Positions 37,096 through 45,094 of a DNA stretch of 64,000 nucleotides are shown piece after piece. The stretch's first letter is position 1. Each line of letters opens with the position of its first letter. Source of the stretch: a virus; IMG/VR virus record IMGVR_UViG_3300045534_000133, positions 8,326-72,325 of that record. One strand, written 5' to 3'. Under the pieces are notes generated by a model, which was not told the DNA's origin, ran no database searches, and saw only the letters and a program-made list of their open reading frames with translations. Both the position numbers and the translations under genes were made by a program.

Positions 37096-37162
37096 CGTCC
37101 TTGACGCCATATCAGACGCCTGACATATCACGCTCTAGCTATCCCCTTCACGGAGACCTGAC

Positions 37163-37372
37163 ATGCCCACACCCAAAAAAGCGAAGCCGCGCCGCAAGGT
37201 GGTCTTCCTCACCATCGCCGTGTCGCTCCGGCCCGGCATCACCGTGGCCCACGCCAAGCGCGAGGTCCGCACCCGCGTCAACGACCTGACCGAGCATCAC
37301 TGCTTCCGGCCCGATCGTTCGCAGGCCGAGGAGTCGGACGTTCGCATCAAGCGCGTCGCGAGCGCCCGCTGA
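37163..37372 (+). CDS. hypothetical basic protein
   Basis: GGAG RBS after a promoter motif. Confidence 0.6.
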   Translation: MPTPKKAKPRRKVVFLTIAVSLRPGITVAHAKREVRTRVNDLTEHHCFRPDRSQAEESDVRIKRVASAR

Positions 37373-37830
37373 TGGCCGACCCTGCCTTCTACCGGGCCAT
37401 CGCCCGCCTCGCCGAGGTCGCCAACACGGACGACGCCTCGTGCCTCACCCCTCAAGAGGTCACCACCGTTCTGGTGACCACCTTACGCGACGCCGCCTCT
37501 GATCTGGACCGGGTGCAAGAGGACCGCCAGCGCGGCACCCTGCTGACGCCCGGTGAGATCGGGGCCTACATCGGTGTGGAGGTGCCTGCCGGTGTCGTCA
37601 TCGCCGACTGGCTGCGCGAACAGGTGCAGGCCGGAGTGGCCTCACACATGGAGCCGGTGAAAATCGGCCCGCGCCCGCTTCGGTATGAGGAGATCAGCGT
37701 GCACCTCGAACACAAGGCTGGGCGGGGCCTCAACGGCATGACCGTCCAGCCCCTTGTGGCCATCCTCGTACCCGCTGACGATCTGGCCACATGGACGCGG
37801 CAGGGCAAGGCGTTGCGGGTTCCGTCGTGA
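37372..37830 (+). CDS. hypothetical protein
   Basis: coupled ORF. Confidence 0.55.
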   Translation: MADPAFYRAIARLAEVANTDDASCLTPQEVTTVLVTTLRDAASDLDRVQEDRQRGTLLTPGEIGAYIGVEVPAGVVIADWLREQVQAGVASHMEPVKIGPRPLRYEEISVHLEHKAGRGLNGMTVQPLVAILVPADDLATWTRQGKALRVPS

Positions 37831-38186
37831 CCGCCGCTGCCCCCACCGCGCTCGATCGCTACCGGGCCGCCAAGCTGGCGCTGGACACGTTCGACGCCTT
37901 CACGAAGCGGCTGCAGGGCGATGCGCCCCGGACGTTCAGGGTGACCACCGAGGCCAGCATCACGGCCGCGACAAAGCACCCCCAAGCCAACACCTACGAC
38001 GCCCCGACCTACGTCAACGGCGGCGCCCATCAGGGGTTCAGTAGGTTCTGCGCCGACTGGATTATGACCGAGCGACTGGGCCTCGCCGCCGAGTACCGCG
38101 CCACGCTGGTTGAGAAGCTGAAAGCGGCCAAGTTCGCCGCCGACGCCGAAGCCCGCGCCCTCCTCATAGAGAACCCGCCGACATGA
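37827..38186 (+). CDS. hypothetical protein
   Basis: GTGA-coupled ORF. Confidence 0.55.
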   Translation: MTAAAPTALDRYRAAKLALDTFDAFTKRLQGDAPRTFRVTTEASITAATKHPQANTYDAPTYVNGGAHQGFSRFCADWIMTERLGLAAEYRATLVEKLKAAKFAADAEARALLIENPPT

Positions 38187-38497
38187 CCGCCGATTACGAA
38201 CACTTCTGCGCTCGCACTTTGGCGGCCTACGGCGTGTCGTGGGCTGACGTGATAGGCCCCGATCGGCGGCCAACAACAAGGGCAGCCCGGGACGCCGTCT
38301 GCTGGATGCTGCACCAGCGGCAGGAAAAGCCCTATTCGCATGAGTACAGCTACAGCCACATCGGCCGCATCATCGGCGGCCGGAGTGAAACCACCGTGCG
38401 GGACTCGATCGTGCGCCACGAGGGCCGGATAGACCTGCTTGACCGTGCCGCTAACGCCCGCCACGCTTATCTGTCATCAATGGAGGCCCACCCATGA
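38183..38497 (+). CDS. stand-alone DnaA domain IV-like HTH protein
   Basis: 'YGVSWADVIGPDR...ARDAVCWML...SYSHIGRIIGGRSETTVRDSI' resembles DnaA C-terminal 'S...IG..FGGRDHTTV'. Confidence 0.7.
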   Translation: MTADYEHFCARTLAAYGVSWADVIGPDRRPTTRAARDAVCWMLHQRQEKPYSHEYSYSHIGRIIGGRSETTVRDSIVRHEGRIDLLDRAANARHAYLSSMEAHP

Positions 38498-38703
38498 AAC
38501 TCGTGCTTCAAATCGCCGCTGGCCTCGTTCTGGCCGTCCTGATCATCTCCTTGCTGCCCTCGATGGGCTACGTCTTCGGCTACGCAGTCGGCATCCTCGT
38601 TTTCGCGGGCATCCCTCTGGCCATGTGTGGGCTGCTGATCTGGGGCATGGTGGCGGCCTACCGCTACCTGAAACGCCAGAAAGCGACCCCCGACCGCCGC
38701 TAA
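38494..38703 (+). CDS. two-TM small membrane protein
   Basis: Two hydrophobic helices and a basic tail; GGAGG RBS. Confidence 0.6.
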   Translation: MKLVLQIAAGLVLAVLIISLLPSMGYVFGYAVGILVFAGIPLAMCGLLIWGMVAAYRYLKRQKATPDRR

Positions 38704-38783
38704 CCAGACGGGGCGAATCCGCCTATGCGAGATTCCCAGAACCTCTGACTTGGAGGTGTCCGTGTTGCTTGGGGCGAAAACCG

Positions 38784-39272
38784 ATGGACCCTACCGTTCA
38801 GACGGCTCTCATAGGGGCTGCAGCCACCGTCCTGACCCTCGTGATCGCCGAGGCCGGGAAACGGTGGAAAACGGCACATGACAGGCGGGCCGCCGAGGCT
38901 GCAACAAGGGTCACCGACGCTGACGCCGAGGTGCGCACCACCGACGCTCTCGGTGCCGCCTTCCGAACGATTACCGAGTCCCTGACCATCATCCACGACC
39001 TTCGCGCACGACTTGGGAAAGTCGAGACAGACCTGATGGCGGCCCGATCAGAGATCGAAGCACTGCAGCGCGCCAACACGAATCTGAAAGACGAGAAGAT
39101 CAGCCTGACGACGCAGCTTGAACTGGCGCGGCAGGAAAAGGCCTTGGCCCGAAACCATCTTGAACTGGCGCGTGGCGACATTCGGACCCTCAAGGATGTT
39201 CTCTCGTCGCACCCGGCAGTCGTGATGCCCAAGCTGGCGTCAGAGCGCAGGCTTGACGGCAAGGAAGCGTAA
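38784..39272 (+). CDS. N-terminal TM plus coiled-coil protein
   Basis: MDPTVQTALIGAAATVLTLVI..., then heptad-rich region. Confidence 0.6.
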   Translation: MDPTVQTALIGAAATVLTLVIAEAGKRWKTAHDRRAAEAATRVTDADAEVRTTDALGAAFRTITESLTIIHDLRARLGKVETDLMAARSEIEALQRANTNLKDEKISLTTQLELARQEKALARNHLELARGDIRTLKDVLSSHPAVVMPKLASERRLDGKEA

Positions 39273-39357
39273 GCGTAACCAGCGCTCGCCCCGGGACGAA
39301 ACAGGCCCGGGGGTTGCGTCACACGCTGGGCTGACAGCGCGGAAGGTGGATGCCAGA

Positions 39358-39393
39358 AGGCCCCGGGGGACGACCCCTCTCCGGGGCCTTTTT
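39358..39393 (+). terminator. intrinsic terminator
   Basis: AGGCCCCGG...CCGGGGCCT then TTTT. Confidence 0.65.
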
Positions 39394-39480
39394 GTTGCCC
39401 CCCTGACATTTCCTCCTTGCCCGTTTGGACCTAAACAGCTAAAGCATGGGAGCCGCACTGACGCGGCCTTGGGAGACGAC

Positions 39481-39672
39481 ATGCACAAGATTTTTGGATG
39501 GAGCGCCAAGCGCTCCGGCGCCACACAGACGATCAAGGGCCGCGACGTTCAGAACAAGGGCGTGCGCGTCACTGACGTGGTGTCGATCGAGGCCACTACC
39601 GGAGACGGCCGCGTCGTCGCCACCACGGCCAACGGTGCCCAGTTCGCCCTGATCGCCGGGCCTGCAGCCTGA
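39481..39672 (+). CDS. hypothetical protein
   Basis: GGGAG RBS; MHKIFGWSAKRSGA... Confidence 0.6.
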   Translation: MHKIFGWSAKRSGATQTIKGRDVQNKGVRVTDVVSIEATTGDGRVVATTANGAQFALIAGPAA

Positions 39673-39794
39673 TGGCCGCCGTCCGCCTATTTTTCCGGCG
39701 CCTGTTCTGCCGCCACCAGTTTCAGTGGTCCCGGCGCTTCGGCAGCACGTTGACCTGCCGCAAGTGCGGCCACCGCACCCGGGCGCGCGACTGA
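39672..39794 (+). CDS. 40-aa Zn-ribbon-like peptide
   Basis: MAAVRLFFRRLFCRHQFQW...CRKCGH; TGATG-coupled at both ends. Confidence 0.55.
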   Translation: MAAVRLFFRRLFCRHQFQWSRRFGSTLTCRKCGHRTRARD

Positions 39795-40042
39795 TGGGCT
39801 TTCAACACATAGAGCCGGAGCGCCTGCGTACCTTCGCCCGGGCCAACGGCGTGCGCCGCCGGGCGATGACGGATGCGCAGGTGAAGCGCCTGCGTGAGTG
39901 CACCGACGGGACGGACGATCTGACGTTTGCGGTGGAGTTCGGTGTGGATATCCAGACCGTTTTTTCCGCCCGCGTGGGAAACAGCTACAAGGACCACCCG
40001 TCGGCACCACGCCGCATTTACGCGAAGCGAGCCCGGTCGTGA
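39794..40042 (+). CDS. small HTH protein
   Basis: 'MTDAQVKRLR...FAVEFGVDIQTVFSARVGNSYK'. Confidence 0.6.
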   Translation: MGFQHIEPERLRTFARANGVRRRAMTDAQVKRLRECTDGTDDLTFAVEFGVDIQTVFSARVGNSYKDHPSAPRRIYAKRARS

Positions 40043-40341
40043 TCGCGGGGACGGAGATCGTCGCCTACAAGCGGTGGCAGGCCGACGGCACAGCGCTGGA
40101 CATGTTTACATGGCCCATGGGCCCGAACGGTTGCAAAGCCTTGGCCGCGATCTGGACCGCCCGCCTGCAGAGCGGTCGATACAGCCGCATCGAACTGCGA
40201 ATGGCCAACGGTCAGACCGTCGTCGTTAAGGCGAAGCGCGCCAAGGTGCCCCATGTGGAGGGAGTCTACATCGGCGACATGCCCTATCACGAATGGCTGG
40301 ACACCCTGCAGCCCCGGCCGGAAGCTGGAGACGCGACATGA
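40039..40341 (+). CDS. hypothetical protein
   Basis: GTGA-coupled ORF. Confidence 0.5.
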   Translation: MIAGTEIVAYKRWQADGTALDMFTWPMGPNGCKALAAIWTARLQSGRYSRIELRMANGQTVVVKAKRAKVPHVEGVYIGDMPYHEWLDTLQPRPEAGDAT

Positions 40342-40760
40342 CCGACAAACCAGTTTCCGGCCCAACGCTGTGGGTTTTGGAGGACATGATCAAACGGCGA
40401 GACCAGCGCATCATGGCGCTGGAGCGCTTGCTGGCCACCGTCGCTAAAGACGCTCTTGCCCTTCTCGATCGCCGCCTAGATCACGGGCCTGTCATCTACG
40501 ACTCGACCATCCTCAACGGTGAGGTTTCTGAACTGCTGTTCTCAACCCGCACCGCGCGGGCACTGGAGGGGGCAGGTATTATCCGCGTCGGCGACCTTAC
40601 CAAAACGACACGCGCCTACTTGTTGGGGCTGCCCAACATGGGGGCCAAGTCCGTCAATGAGATCGAGGAGGCTCTGGGCCACATGGACCTGTCACTGGCA
40701 GGTGGCCGCTCTCCTCACATTGAGGCGTACCTGCAGCGGCACAGGGAAGCCCGCCCATGA
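40338..40760 (+). CDS. RNA polymerase alpha-CTD-like protein
   Basis: 'VSELLFSTRTARALEGAGIIRVGDL...LLGLPNMGAKSVNEIEEALGHMDLSL' follows the RpoA CTD pattern. Confidence 0.85.
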   Translation: MTDKPVSGPTLWVLEDMIKRRDQRIMALERLLATVAKDALALLDRRLDHGPVIYDSTILNGEVSELLFSTRTARALEGAGIIRVGDLTKTTRAYLLGLPNMGAKSVNEIEEALGHMDLSLAGGRSPHIEAYLQRHREARP

Positions 40761-41014
40761 TCGCTACCCACTTCACCGCCAACCCGTTCTACCCAAACGA
40801 CGGCACGCTGGTCTTCACTGACACGGCCACCGGGCGGCGCCAGCACATGCCCATCCATGCCACCACGACGCGGACCGAGTTCCTGCGTCTGGCCCGCTAC
40901 CACATGCGGCAGGTGCTGGTGCCCTACGACGCGGTGGAACCGAGGACAGCATCTCGCGTGCGCCTGCAGTTCCGGGGCGATCGGCGGCGCAACGGGGGCA
41001 GGTGGACGGAGTGA
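40757..41014 (+). CDS. hypothetical protein
   Basis: ATGA-coupled ORF. Confidence 0.5.
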   Translation: MIATHFTANPFYPNDGTLVFTDTATGRRQHMPIHATTTRTEFLRLARYHMRQVLVPYDAVEPRTASRVRLQFRGDRRRNGGRWTE

Positions 41015-41223
41015 AGCCTGACGCCCGGCGCTTCCCCTTGTCGGCCGAGGCCGAGGCTTTGCTGGCCCGGCCGGACTGGGAGCGTGTAAGCCTCGCTGAC
41101 GGGGATGCTGCACAGGCTTTGGCACCCGGCATACCGGCGAGGGCTCCGATGCCGCTCCACGAGCCGGAATCTGGCCCTGCTGACGATGTTGAGGTGGGTG
41201 ACGCCTCTGGCGATCTGTTCTAG
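41011..41223 (+). CDS. hypothetical acidic protein
   Basis: GTGA-coupled; ends 'GDLF'. Confidence 0.45.
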   Translation: MKPDARRFPLSAEAEALLARPDWERVSLADGDAAQALAPGIPARAPMPLHEPESGPADDVEVGDASGDLF

Positions 41224-41288
41224 TAGCCCGAAGCTGCCCCGGCCCCGACTCGACGGGGCTGCACCGAAGGCCCGGTGGCGAGGCGTCT

Positions 41289-41365
41289 TGGGAGCGAGAG
41301 AGGGATTTGAACCCTCGACCTTCCGGGTATGAGCCGGACGCGCTACCGGACTGCGCCATCTCGCA
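41289..41365 (-). tRNA. tRNA with CAT anticodon, initiator-like
   Basis: TGCGAGA-TG-GCGC AGTCCGGTA GCGC-G-TCCGG CTCATAC CCGGA-AGGTC-GAGGG TTCAAAT CCCTC-TCTCGCT-C-CCA; full cloverleaf, encoded CCA, 1:72 mismatch. Confidence 0.92.
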
Positions 41366-41373
41366 TCAAAAAG

Positions 41374-41672
41374 GTGCCGGGGTTCTGTTGCCAAGCCCCC
41401 GGCGGGCTCCGCTTAGGCCGCTTGGGCCATGGGCTGGTAGTCGTTGTCGTTCAGTTTTATTTCGTGCCGACTGGTTACGGCGTCCTATGGCAAATCGAGT
41501 CTATTCGCCCCCATCATGGCCGCACCGCACAGGTCAGTTACGGAAGCCTTCGCAGGAACTCCCGGCCCTCCCATCTCCCGCGCTATGAACCCGGTCTGTG
41601 GAGGCCTGCCGATGCGGCTATGGTGGAGGCGCCGGGATTCGCACCCGGGTCTTTACCAGAACCCAGCCTGTG
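41374..41672 (-). ncRNA. ssrA: two-piece (circularly permuted) tmRNA
   Basis: Acceptor piece ends GACCCGGGTGCGAATCCCGGCGCCTCCACCA (41621). Coding piece starts GGGGGCGAATAG (41512), giving a G3.U70 pair. Tag ORF 41454-41413 encodes LNDNDYQPMAQAA*. GGCAACAGAA hairpin at the 3' end. Confidence 0.88.
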
Positions 41673-41823
41673 TGCCCCACAGAAGCTAGAGCGTCAAGCC
41701 TTTACGACGGCTCGACCGGGTGCCACTCGGTTGAGGTGTACCCGTTCTCGTCAACGAAGGAGCAGGCCTCCCAGAGAGCCCCGTCCTCCGCCAAGAAAAA
41801 GACCTGCCCTGTCTGGGTCATGG

Positions 41824-44352
41824 CTAATCATGCGCTTTGATCAGAACGTAGCCGAGGGTCGCACCGGAGCCTGCCGTGGAGACACGGGCACGGAGAGCGG
41901 CAGCGTTTACGTCCGGCACGGTGACCTGAACGGTCGAAGATGCGACGCCGGTAAGCGGAGAGCCGATGGCGTACCACGTCGCGCCGAAGTCGTCCGAACC
42001 TTCAAGCTGGAACGCCGGGGCGGTCGTGGTGATCGCACCCATATTGACGACAAGCTGGGTGGCGTTGCCGCAGTCACGGGCCAGCAGAACAGGCGTGGTG
42101 CTGTTGCCGGTGTTCGGCGCGATAGAGCGGTCGATCAGTTGGCGCGTGTTGGGGAACGGCGCGTTCGATTGCAGACGGTTGATCGCGCGGGTGAACGAAG
42201 GCGTCGTGCCACCGATAGTCTGCACATAGCGGATGCGGTTGCCGGTCACAGGCAGGAACGGGCTGCGATAAATGCCCGTCGCCGTGATGCGCGGGAAGTC
42301 ATACACCGTGAACCAGTTGGTGCCCGCGTCGTCGCTTTCCTCGATACGAACATCCAGCGTCGGGTTCGTGCCGCTGACAACCGTGACCGGAATGTTCACC
42401 TGATAGGAAATGCCGAAGCCGGGCGTGACAGCGGCAACCGTGGCGGTCGTGGTAATGGCCGCAGAGGCAACGTCGGCCACTGAAGCCATCAGAGCAAGGT
42501 TGGCGGCACCGATGGTGTTCGCACCAGCCGGAAGCGCGTTTGTGATTCCGGTCACCGCCGTGATCGTGCCAGAAGACACCGTAACAGCCGGGACGTTCTG
42601 GACCGCCACAGGGGCCGCGCCCGAGATATCGCCGGTCGGGCGGGCCAGCACCTCAACGCGCTGGCGTTCGTAGTCGAAGATGCGAACGAACGACATGCGG
42701 AAGCATGACCGCTTGATAACAGCGCCAGCCGAGTTGGTCAGGGCGAAATCAGCAGGGAGGGTGGCTGCAAACGCCGCCGTGCCGGGCACAAGGGTCAGAG
42801 CCGTGGTGGCCGAGTTGGCCACCTTCCACACCCCGTCAACGCCGAGGGTGGCCCCGTTGGTCACGTTGGTGATGCCTTCGGCGTTCACATAGTCGCCGAT
42901 CAGCAGACCAGCCCACGCAGCAGCACCGGTGATCACCAGTTGCCGGGTGCCGTTCGTCAGGGTGGACAGGGTGACGTTGACGCCGGAGTTGTTGATGACC
43001 CCGAGGGCCGACAGAAGGTTGCCGCCTTGCACCTTGGCGATGACGCCGCCGTAACCAGTGACCGTCGAGGCCGTGCCTATCACCATAGTGAAGGTGGTCG
43101 CGTCAACAACCGTGACAGCCGTGGCCGCGACGACGTTCGGGAAGGCAGCCGCCGCCGTGTTGCTGTTGCCGTAATAGACGATCAGATCGCCAGTCGTCAG
43201 GCCGTGTGCCGTCGCCGTCGTGAAAGTGCCGGTCGTCGTGCCGGTCTTGACGACGCTAACCACCTTGGCGGTCAGCACAGTCAAGGACTTCGAGTTGTTC
43301 GCGCGGATGCGGAGCCGGTAGTTCACAGACGGGTCCGGGCACACCTGCGTCCGCAGCACTCGACCGACGGCCTGCACCAAGCTGTCCACCGGGCTGTCAG
43401 CCGTCTGAACGCGGTCAGCTTGGAGGTTGAACCGGTATTCGGAAGTCGGCGAGAAGGCGTAGGCGTACGGGGAGTTGACCAGTTGCACCGACGCAGCCGT
43501 AGCAACCGTGATCGCGTGGTTGCCCAAGATCGTGCCCGAGGGCAGTACGTCGCCGCTCTCCGACCGAAGATAGAAACTGGCGTTCGTGATCGTGGCGTTC
43601 TCGAAAATCTGCGACACGCCGTTCTGGGCGCGTCCAAGACGCTCGCGAGCAAAGACCGAGCCTTTCGCGCCGACCGGGTTCGTGATGGTCTGCGAAGGGA
43701 TGGTGCCGCCCGGTCCTGCGGTGCAGGTAAACTGGCGCGGCGTCGGGGTTGAAGCCACCACCAGCGCCGGATAGTTGGCCAGTTGGTTCGAGCAACCGAC
43801 GATGCCAATGGACTGACCGGGCACCAGCCCGTGATCTGCTGAGGTATCGACAGTCAGGATGGTCGTGGTTTGCGTGATCGACGAAATCGCAATGTCAGCC
43901 ACGGCAGCCAGAGGCGTCTGTGTGTCCACAATTTCGACGGAGAACTCTTGCCCGAGCGTGGCCTGCGAACGGCTTGCCCCGTACGCGAGTTCAAGCGGCA
44001 TCCCGAAGGTGTCGATGGTTTCGAGCGTGGTCTGGTTTCCTGCGTCCCAAGGGGACTTGGAGATCATCAGATACGATGCGCTCGCCGCATTACCGTCAGT
44101 CTGGACAATATCGCCCGTGCCCGTGGTGCGCGTCCAGTTCGCCAGCGACGGGTCTTCAAACGCATCCCGGAACTTCGTCTTGATGTTTGAGGCGACCACA
44201 TCAATCGGCGACGGGGCGACAATCGGAACAGGAGCGTGATCGGAGGCCAGAACAACCGAGCGCGAGTTTGCGCTGGCCAGAGGGCCATCAGCGTTCGGGA
44301 TGTTGATGGCGACGACGTTTCCAGCGGCGTCCAGTACGTTCATGGTGGTCAT
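41824..44352 (-). CDS. Thr/Ala/Val-rich beta protein, probable virion appendage or fibre
   Basis: 842 aa; repeated 'T...HGL..G..I' segments; C-terminal jelly-roll-like repeats 'EESDDAGTNW' and 'EGSDDFGATW'. Confidence 0.6.
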   Translation of the reverse strand: MTTMNVLDAAGNVVAINIPNADGPLASANSRSVVLASDHAPVPIVAPSPIDVVASNIKTKFRDAFEDPSLANWTRTTGTGDIVQTDGNAASASYLMISKSPWDAGNQTTLETIDTFGMPLELAYGASRSQATLGQEFSVEIVDTQTPLAAVADIAISSITQTTTILTVDTSADHGLVPGQSIGIVGCSNQLANYPALVVASTPTPRQFTCTAGPGGTIPSQTITNPVGAKGSVFARERLGRAQNGVSQIFENATITNASFYLRSESGDVLPSGTILGNHAITVATAASVQLVNSPYAYAFSPTSEYRFNLQADRVQTADSPVDSLVQAVGRVLRTQVCPDPSVNYRLRIRANNSKSLTVLTAKVVSVVKTGTTTGTFTTATAHGLTTGDLIVYYGNSNTAAAAFPNVVAATAVTVVDATTFTMVIGTASTVTGYGGVIAKVQGGNLLSALGVINNSGVNVTLSTLTNGTRQLVITGAAAWAGLLIGDYVNAEGITNVTNGATLGVDGVWKVANSATTALTLVPGTAAFAATLPADFALTNSAGAVIKRSCFRMSFVRIFDYERQRVEVLARPTGDISGAAPVAVQNVPAVTVSSGTITAVTGITNALPAGANTIGAANLALMASVADVASAAITTTATVAAVTPGFGISYQVNIPVTVVSGTNPTLDVRIEESDDAGTNWFTVYDFPRITATGIYRSPFLPVTGNRIRYVQTIGGTTPSFTRAINRLQSNAPFPNTRQLIDRSIAPNTGNSTTPVLLARDCGNATQLVVNMGAITTTAPAFQLEGSDDFGATWYAIGSPLTGVASSTVQVTVPDVNAAALRARVSTAGSGATLGYVLIKAHD

Positions 44353-44364
44353 GTCAGGGCGTCC

Positions 44365-44685
44365 CTAGAGTTCGTCGATGATAAGGGCGACGTATTGCGA
44401 GTTGGCCGCCACGTTGAAGGCCGTTTTGGGTGGGGCGTATTCCCCAAGCCCGACCGCCGCCAGTCGGGCCTCCCAACCGCCTTTGAAGCCAGCGTTGTCA
44501 CCGGCCGTGCGACGTTCCCAAGACCCCTTCACGCTTCTCGGAAAGAGATTTGCGACGCGCCGAGGCCAGCTACCCTGACCAGCCGTGCTGGTGCCGACTG
44601 CAATGGCCGCCCGGCGCCGCCAAGAGCCTTTTCCAGCAGCCCCGGCCCCTGCATTTTCCGCGATCTGCCGCCAATAGCTTTTCAT
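44365..44685 (-). CDS. small protein with G[SG]W.[RA]R repeats
   Basis: GSWRRR, GSWPRR, GSWERR, GGWEAR; ends 'NSQYVALIIDEL'. Confidence 0.6.
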   Translation of the reverse strand: MKSYWRQIAENAGAGAAGKGSWRRRAAIAVGTSTAGQGSWPRRVANLFPRSVKGSWERRTAGDNAGFKGGWEARLAAVGLGEYAPPKTAFNVAANSQYVALIIDEL

Positions 44686-44782
44686 GTCGCCACGGTCCCC
44701 GAACCTGCAGGTCTTTGACCGGGCTTACCGGCGTTCGCGCGTCTCGTCTAGGCTTCCGTTTGAAACGAGACGCCCGTTTTCC

Positions 44783-45094
44783 TCACCCCACCGAGCCCAT
44801 ACTGGCGACGATCTGGGCCCGAAAATCTTCCCACTGCGATGCTGACATGACGACGCGCTGGGTGAGCCCCGGCTTGACGTGCTTGTGGCGCTGGGGTTTG
44901 ACGGCCGTGCCCCTACAGAACCCGCTGCAGGTGTCGCTGGAGGGGTAGCAGGTGACGCCGCACTGGCGGGATTCGTCCATATCCTCCCCCGCCGGGCGCA
45001 TCGTGATCGCCACCTCTCCGCTCTCAAGGACGGTGATGTTGACGAACGCCGGGAACTCTCCGGGCGCCGTGTAGGACGACACGCAACCGCTCAT
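44783..45094 (-). CDS. hypothetical Cys-containing protein
   Basis: TGATG-coupled to the portal stop. Confidence 0.55.
   Translation of the reverse strand: MSGCVSSYTAPGEFPAFVNITVLESGEVAITMRPAGEDMDESRQCGVTCYPSSDTCSGFCRGTAVKPQRHKHVKPGLTQRVVMSASQWEDFRAQIVASMGSVG

Noticed and set aside
41597-41606. GCCTCCACA in the tmRNA intervening segment as an attachment-site duplication
   Set aside because: Match to the tmRNA 3' end is only ~8-9 nt and no integrase is nearby
41329-42483. 384-aa + strand ORF
   Set aside because: Overlaps the tRNA, tmRNA and the 842-aa gene; no coding signature
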